Origin: an uncultured Candidatus Rokubacteria bacterium
GTDB lineage: Bacteria > Methylomirabilota > Methylomirabilia > Rokubacteriales > DASRDR01
Direction: 5' to 3'
Length of the DNA stretch: 64,000 nt
Assembly (NCBI GenBank): GCA_963805625.1
Contig: CAWDVE010000017.1
Coordinates: 864,001-928,000 of the forward strand
The position numbers and the translations under genes are program-made. The notes below the pieces were generated by a model, which saw only the letters and a program-made list of their open reading frames with translations, was not told the DNA's origin and did no database searches. Below, piece after piece: positions 60,497 through 64,000 of this stretch (the stretch's first letter is position 1; each line of letters begins with the position of its first letter).

Positions 60497-61591
60497 GTGC
60501 CGCGGACGAGACTAGACGTCCCGTCGGTCGAGCATCTGTCGATCGTTGACGAGGAGGGTCGCGTCGACGAGTCGCTCGAGCCCCCAATTCCTCACGAGGA
60601 CCTCCGCCGCCTTTACCGTACTTTTCTCCTCGGCCGGCGCTTCGACGAGCGGATGCTGCGCCTCCAGCGCCAGGGACGCATCGGCACCTTCGGGCCCATT
60701 CGCGGCCACGAGGCCGCCGTGCTGGGGAGCGTCTACGCGCTCCGCGCGACGGACTGGATGGTGCCCTACTATCGCGAGTGGCCCGCGTACATGTGGCGCG
60801 GCTGGCCGCTCGACAACCTCATCCTCTACTACGCGGGGTACGCCGAGGGGATGCGCGTTCCCGACGGTGTGCGGGATCTGCCGCTCTGCATCCCGATCGC
60901 GAGCCAGATTCCGCACGCGGTCGGCCTCGCCTGCGCGAGCCGGTACAAGGGCGAGGACAGCGTGACGATGGTCTACTTCGGCGACGGCGCCTCGTCCCAC
61001 GGCGACTGCCAGGAGGCGATGAACTTCGCCGGCGTCTTCCAGGCTCCGCTGGTCTTCTTCTGCCTGAACAACCAGTGGGCCATCTCGCTGCCACGGGCGA
61101 AGCAGACCCACGCGCGGACGCTCGCGCAGAAGGCGATCGCGTACGGCTTTCCCGGGATCCAGGTGGACGGCAACGACCTGCTCGCCTGCTACGTGGCGAC
61201 GCGCGAGGCCGTCGATCGCGCGCGGCGCGGCGAGGGGCCAACGCTGATCGAGGCCCTGACATACCGGCTGTCGCTCCACACCACGGCGGACGACCCGACG
61301 AAATATCGCGACGAAGCCGAGGTCAAGGAGTGGGAGGCCCGGGAGCCCTTCCCCCGGTTCCGGCGGTACCTCGAGGGGAAGGGCATCCTCGCCGCCGCCG
61401 GGGAAGCGGCGCTCGAGGCCGAGATCGACACGGAAATCCGGAACGCGGTCGAGCGCGCCGAGGCTCGGATGCAGGCGAACCTCGTCGACGGCTTCGAGCA
61501 CGTCTACGCGGAGCCGACGCAGGAGCTGCGGGCCCAGCGCGAGGAGCTCTTGCGCGAGCTCGCCGTGGCCGGCGAGGCGGCACACGGGTAA
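60497..61591 (+). CDS. pdhA: Pyruvate/2-oxoacid dehydrogenase E1 alpha
   Basis: LQRQGRIG, FGDGASS, NNQWAIS, HTTADDP. Confidence 0.93.
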   Translation: MPRTRLDVPSVEHLSIVDEEGRVDESLEPPIPHEDLRRLYRTFLLGRRFDERMLRLQRQGRIGTFGPIRGHEAAVLGSVYALRATDWMVPYYREWPAYMWRGWPLDNLILYYAGYAEGMRVPDGVRDLPLCIPIASQIPHAVGLACASRYKGEDSVTMVYFGDGASSHGDCQEAMNFAGVFQAPLVFFCLNNQWAISLPRAKQTHARTLAQKAIAYGFPGIQVDGNDLLACYVATREAVDRARRGEGPTLIEALTYRLSLHTTADDPTKYRDEAEVKEWEAREPFPRFRRYLEGKGILAAAGEAALEAEIDTEIRNAVERAEARMQANLVDGFEHVYAEPTQELRAQREELLRELAVAGEAAHG

Positions 61592-61630
61592 TGCACCGGA
61601 CGGCACCCGAGGACCGACGAGGAGCCGGCG

Positions 61631-62620
61631 ATGACTGAGCCCCGGAAGCTGACGATGGTCCAGGCCATCAACCTCGCCCTCATGCAGGAGATGGAGCGGG
61701 ACGACGACGTCCTGGTGCTCGGCGAGGACATCGGCGTCGACGGGGGCGTGTTCCGCGTGACGGACGGCCTCCTCGCGAAGTTCGGGGAGCAGCGCGTCAT
61801 CGACACGCCGCTGGCCGAGGGCGCCATCGTGGGCATGGCCATCGGCATGGCGATCTACGGGCTGAAGCCCGTGCCGGAGATCCAGTTCTCCGGCTTCTCC
61901 TTCCAGGCCTTCCACCAGATCGAGAATCACGCGGCGCGATACCGGGCCCGAACGCGGGGGCGCTATCACATCCAAATGGTCGTGCGGATGCCATACGGCG
62001 GTGGCGTGCGCGCCCTCGAGCACCACTCCGAGAGCGAAGAGGCGTACTACGCGCACACGCCGGGCCTGAAGATCGTGATCCCGTCCAGCCCCCGGTCCGC
62101 GCGCGCCCTCCTGGTCAGTGCGATCCGCGATCCGGACACGGTGATCTTCTTCGAGCCGAAGGCCCTCTACCACGCCGTCAAGGAGGAGGTCCCGGTGGCC
62201 GAGGAGGCCTGGCCCATCGGGAAGGCGCGCGTCGCCCGGGAGGGCAAGGACCTGACGCTGATCGCCTACGGGGCCATGCTCCACCGCTGCCTCGAGGTCG
62301 CCGAGCGGGTCCACGCTGAGGACGGGGCCGAGGTCGAGGTGGTCGACCTCCTGTCGATCTCGCCCATGGACACGGAGACGATCGCCGCGTCCGCCCGCAA
62401 GACGGGGCGCGTGGTCGTCGCCCATGAGGCCCAGCGCAGCTTTGGCGTCGGCGCCGAGGTCGTGGCGCGGGTCGTGGAGACCGCCTTCCTCCAGCTCGAA
62501 GCGCCCGTGCGGCGCGTCACCGCGTTCGACATCGTCTACCCGGGCTTCGCGCGCGAGCGCGGCTGGCTGCCGGGGCCGGACCGCGTGCTGCGCGCCGTCC
62601 GGGAAACGCTCGCCTTCTAG
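61631..62620 (+). CDS. pdhB: E1 beta subunit
   Basis: GEDIG..GGVFR, DTPLAE, EIQF, EHHSES. Confidence 0.93.
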   Translation: MTEPRKLTMVQAINLALMQEMERDDDVLVLGEDIGVDGGVFRVTDGLLAKFGEQRVIDTPLAEGAIVGMAIGMAIYGLKPVPEIQFSGFSFQAFHQIENHAARYRARTRGRYHIQMVVRMPYGGGVRALEHHSESEEAYYAHTPGLKIVIPSSPRSARALLVSAIRDPDTVIFFEPKALYHAVKEEVPVAEEAWPIGKARVAREGKDLTLIAYGAMLHRCLEVAERVHAEDGAEVEVVDLLSISPMDTETIAASARKTGRVVVAHEAQRSFGVGAEVVARVVETAFLQLEAPVRRVTAFDIVYPGFARERGWLPGPDRVLRAVRETLAF

Positions 62621-62654
62621 CCGGCGCCAGGGTCGCGCCGCGCCTCCGCGTCCG

Positions 62655-63977
62655 ATGGCGAGAGACTTCAAGCTGCCCGACCTCGGAGAAGGTCTCACCG
62701 AGGCCGAGATCGTCCGCGTTCTCGTCGCCCAGGGCGACGAGATCAAGGAGGATCAGGCCGTCCTCCTCGTGGAGACCGAGAAGGCCCAGGTGGAGCTGCC
62801 CTCGCCCTTCGGCGGACGCGTGGCCGCCGTGCACGTCCAGGCCGGCCAGCGCGTGAAGGTCGGTGCGGTGCTACTGAGCTTCGCCGACGGGGGAGGCGCT
62901 GTCCGGACCGCGCCGCTGGCGGCCGCGCCGCCGGTACGTGCCGCCGCTCCCGCGCCAAGCGCCTCGGCGCCGCCCGCGCCGCCCGTGACCGGCCTTCCGC
63001 CCGCAGCCACGCCCTCCACCCGCCGGCTCGCGCGCGAGCTCGGCGTGGACCTCGGGCACGTCCGCGGAACGGGCCCCGGCGGCCGAGTCTCGGACGAGGA
63101 CGTTCGAGCCGCTGCGGGCGCGCGCGGCGTGGCCCCGGCGCCGGCCGCGCCGAGCCCGCCGGCGCCGCCGTCCTCGAGCGCCGCGAGGCCCCCGGCCCCG
63201 GCCGGGCCGGCCGAGGCCGCCCGGCCTCTGGCTGGCCCCATCGCTCTGTCCCCGCTCCCGCGGTTCGAGCAGTGGGGGCCGGTCGAGCGGGAGCCGCTCC
63301 GCGGGATCCGGCGGCGCAGCGCCGAGCACCTGTCGCTCGCCTGGGCGGTGATCCCGCACGTCACCCAGCACGACGAGGCCGACGTCACCGAGCTCGAGAC
63401 GATGCGGCGCCGCCACCAGAAGCGGGGAGGCGAGGGAAGCGCAGACCTGACCCTGACGGCTTTCCTGATCAAGGCGGTGGCGACCGCCCTCCGGACGCAC
63501 CCGCGCTTCAACGCGAGCCTGGACCAGGCGACGGGTGAGCTTGTCCTCAAGCGTTACTACAACATCGGCGTCGCGGTGGACACGGGCCAGGGGCTCGTGG
63601 TCCCGGTGGTGCGGGGCGTCGACGGCAAGGGGATTCGAGACCTGGCGGCCGAGCTCGCGCGGCTCGTCACGCGAACGCGCGAGGGAAAGGCGACCCTCGA
63701 GGATCTCCGGAGCGGGACGTTCACCGTGACCAACACCGGAGCCCTCGGAGGCACCGGCGCCACGCCGATCATCAACTATCCCGAGGTCGCGATCCTCGGC
63801 GTCGGTCGCGCTCGTCCGACGCCGGTCGTCCGGGACGGCCAGATCGTGCCGCGGCTCGTCCTGCCGCTATCGCTTGCCTTCGACCACCGGGTCATCGACG
63901 GCATGGAGGCGGCGCGCTTCTCCACCGAACTCGTCGGCCTCCTCGAAGCTCCCGAGCGCCTCTTCCTCGAGGGGTAG
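62655..63977 (+). CDS. pdhC: Dihydrolipoamide acyltransferase E2
   Basis: ETEKA lipoyl Lys, ATPSTRRLAREL, DHRVIDG. Confidence 0.93.
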   Translation: MARDFKLPDLGEGLTEAEIVRVLVAQGDEIKEDQAVLLVETEKAQVELPSPFGGRVAAVHVQAGQRVKVGAVLLSFADGGGAVRTAPLAAAPPVRAAAPAPSASAPPAPPVTGLPPAATPSTRRLARELGVDLGHVRGTGPGGRVSDEDVRAAAGARGVAPAPAAPSPPAPPSSSAARPPAPAGPAEAARPLAGPIALSPLPRFEQWGPVEREPLRGIRRRSAEHLSLAWAVIPHVTQHDEADVTELETMRRRHQKRGGEGSADLTLTAFLIKAVATALRTHPRFNASLDQATGELVLKRYYNIGVAVDTGQGLVVPVVRGVDGKGIRDLAAELARLVTRTREGKATLEDLRSGTFTVTNTGALGGTGATPIINYPEVAILGVGRARPTPVVRDGQIVPRLVLPLSLAFDHRVIDGMEAARFSTELVGLLEAPERLFLEG

Positions 63978-64000
63978 GGAGGCCGGCGTCCGTGGTCATG

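Noticed and set aside
60512-62746. 744-aa antisense ORF and similar long reverse ORFs
   Set aside because: High-GC antisense shadows of real genes
62900-63240. Ala/Pro-rich repeats
   Set aside because: Normal E2 linkers

Overview
High-GC bacterial chromosomal window. Gene content and style suggest a Rokubacteria/Methylomirabilota-like soil organism, but this is inference only. Most of it is housekeeping or metabolic: prs, cspA, SorAB-like sulfite dehydrogenase, a NitT/TauT ABC transporter, RNase D, a caa3 oxidase with a subunit I-III fusion, recQ, ettA, an Fpg homologue, a Mo-oxidoreductase, a peptide ABC transporter and pdhABC. The standout is 30751-36897. A sigma54 enhancer-binding response regulator is followed by three GTGCAC-N8-GTGCAC boxes, a -24/-12 promoter and two tandem, gaplessly homologous ~44-45-codon secreted-peptide genes; the second has an amber stop at codon 3 and is absent from the ORF track. 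These lead into an orphan OppA/DppA-type binding protein, a membrane histidine kinase and a stand-alone receiver. The layout fits a putative autoinducing peptide (quorum-sensing-like) circuit. Other oddities: two genes each bracketed by a duplicated 3' end of the neighbouring gene (copC/prs and Mo-oxidoreductase/nitrosocyanin-like cupredoxin), a YtkA-CopC fusion with an internal signal peptide, a terminator in the cspA leader, a 78-bp REP/MITE-like element and several gene scars. All calls come from motif recognition by eye; no searches were run.
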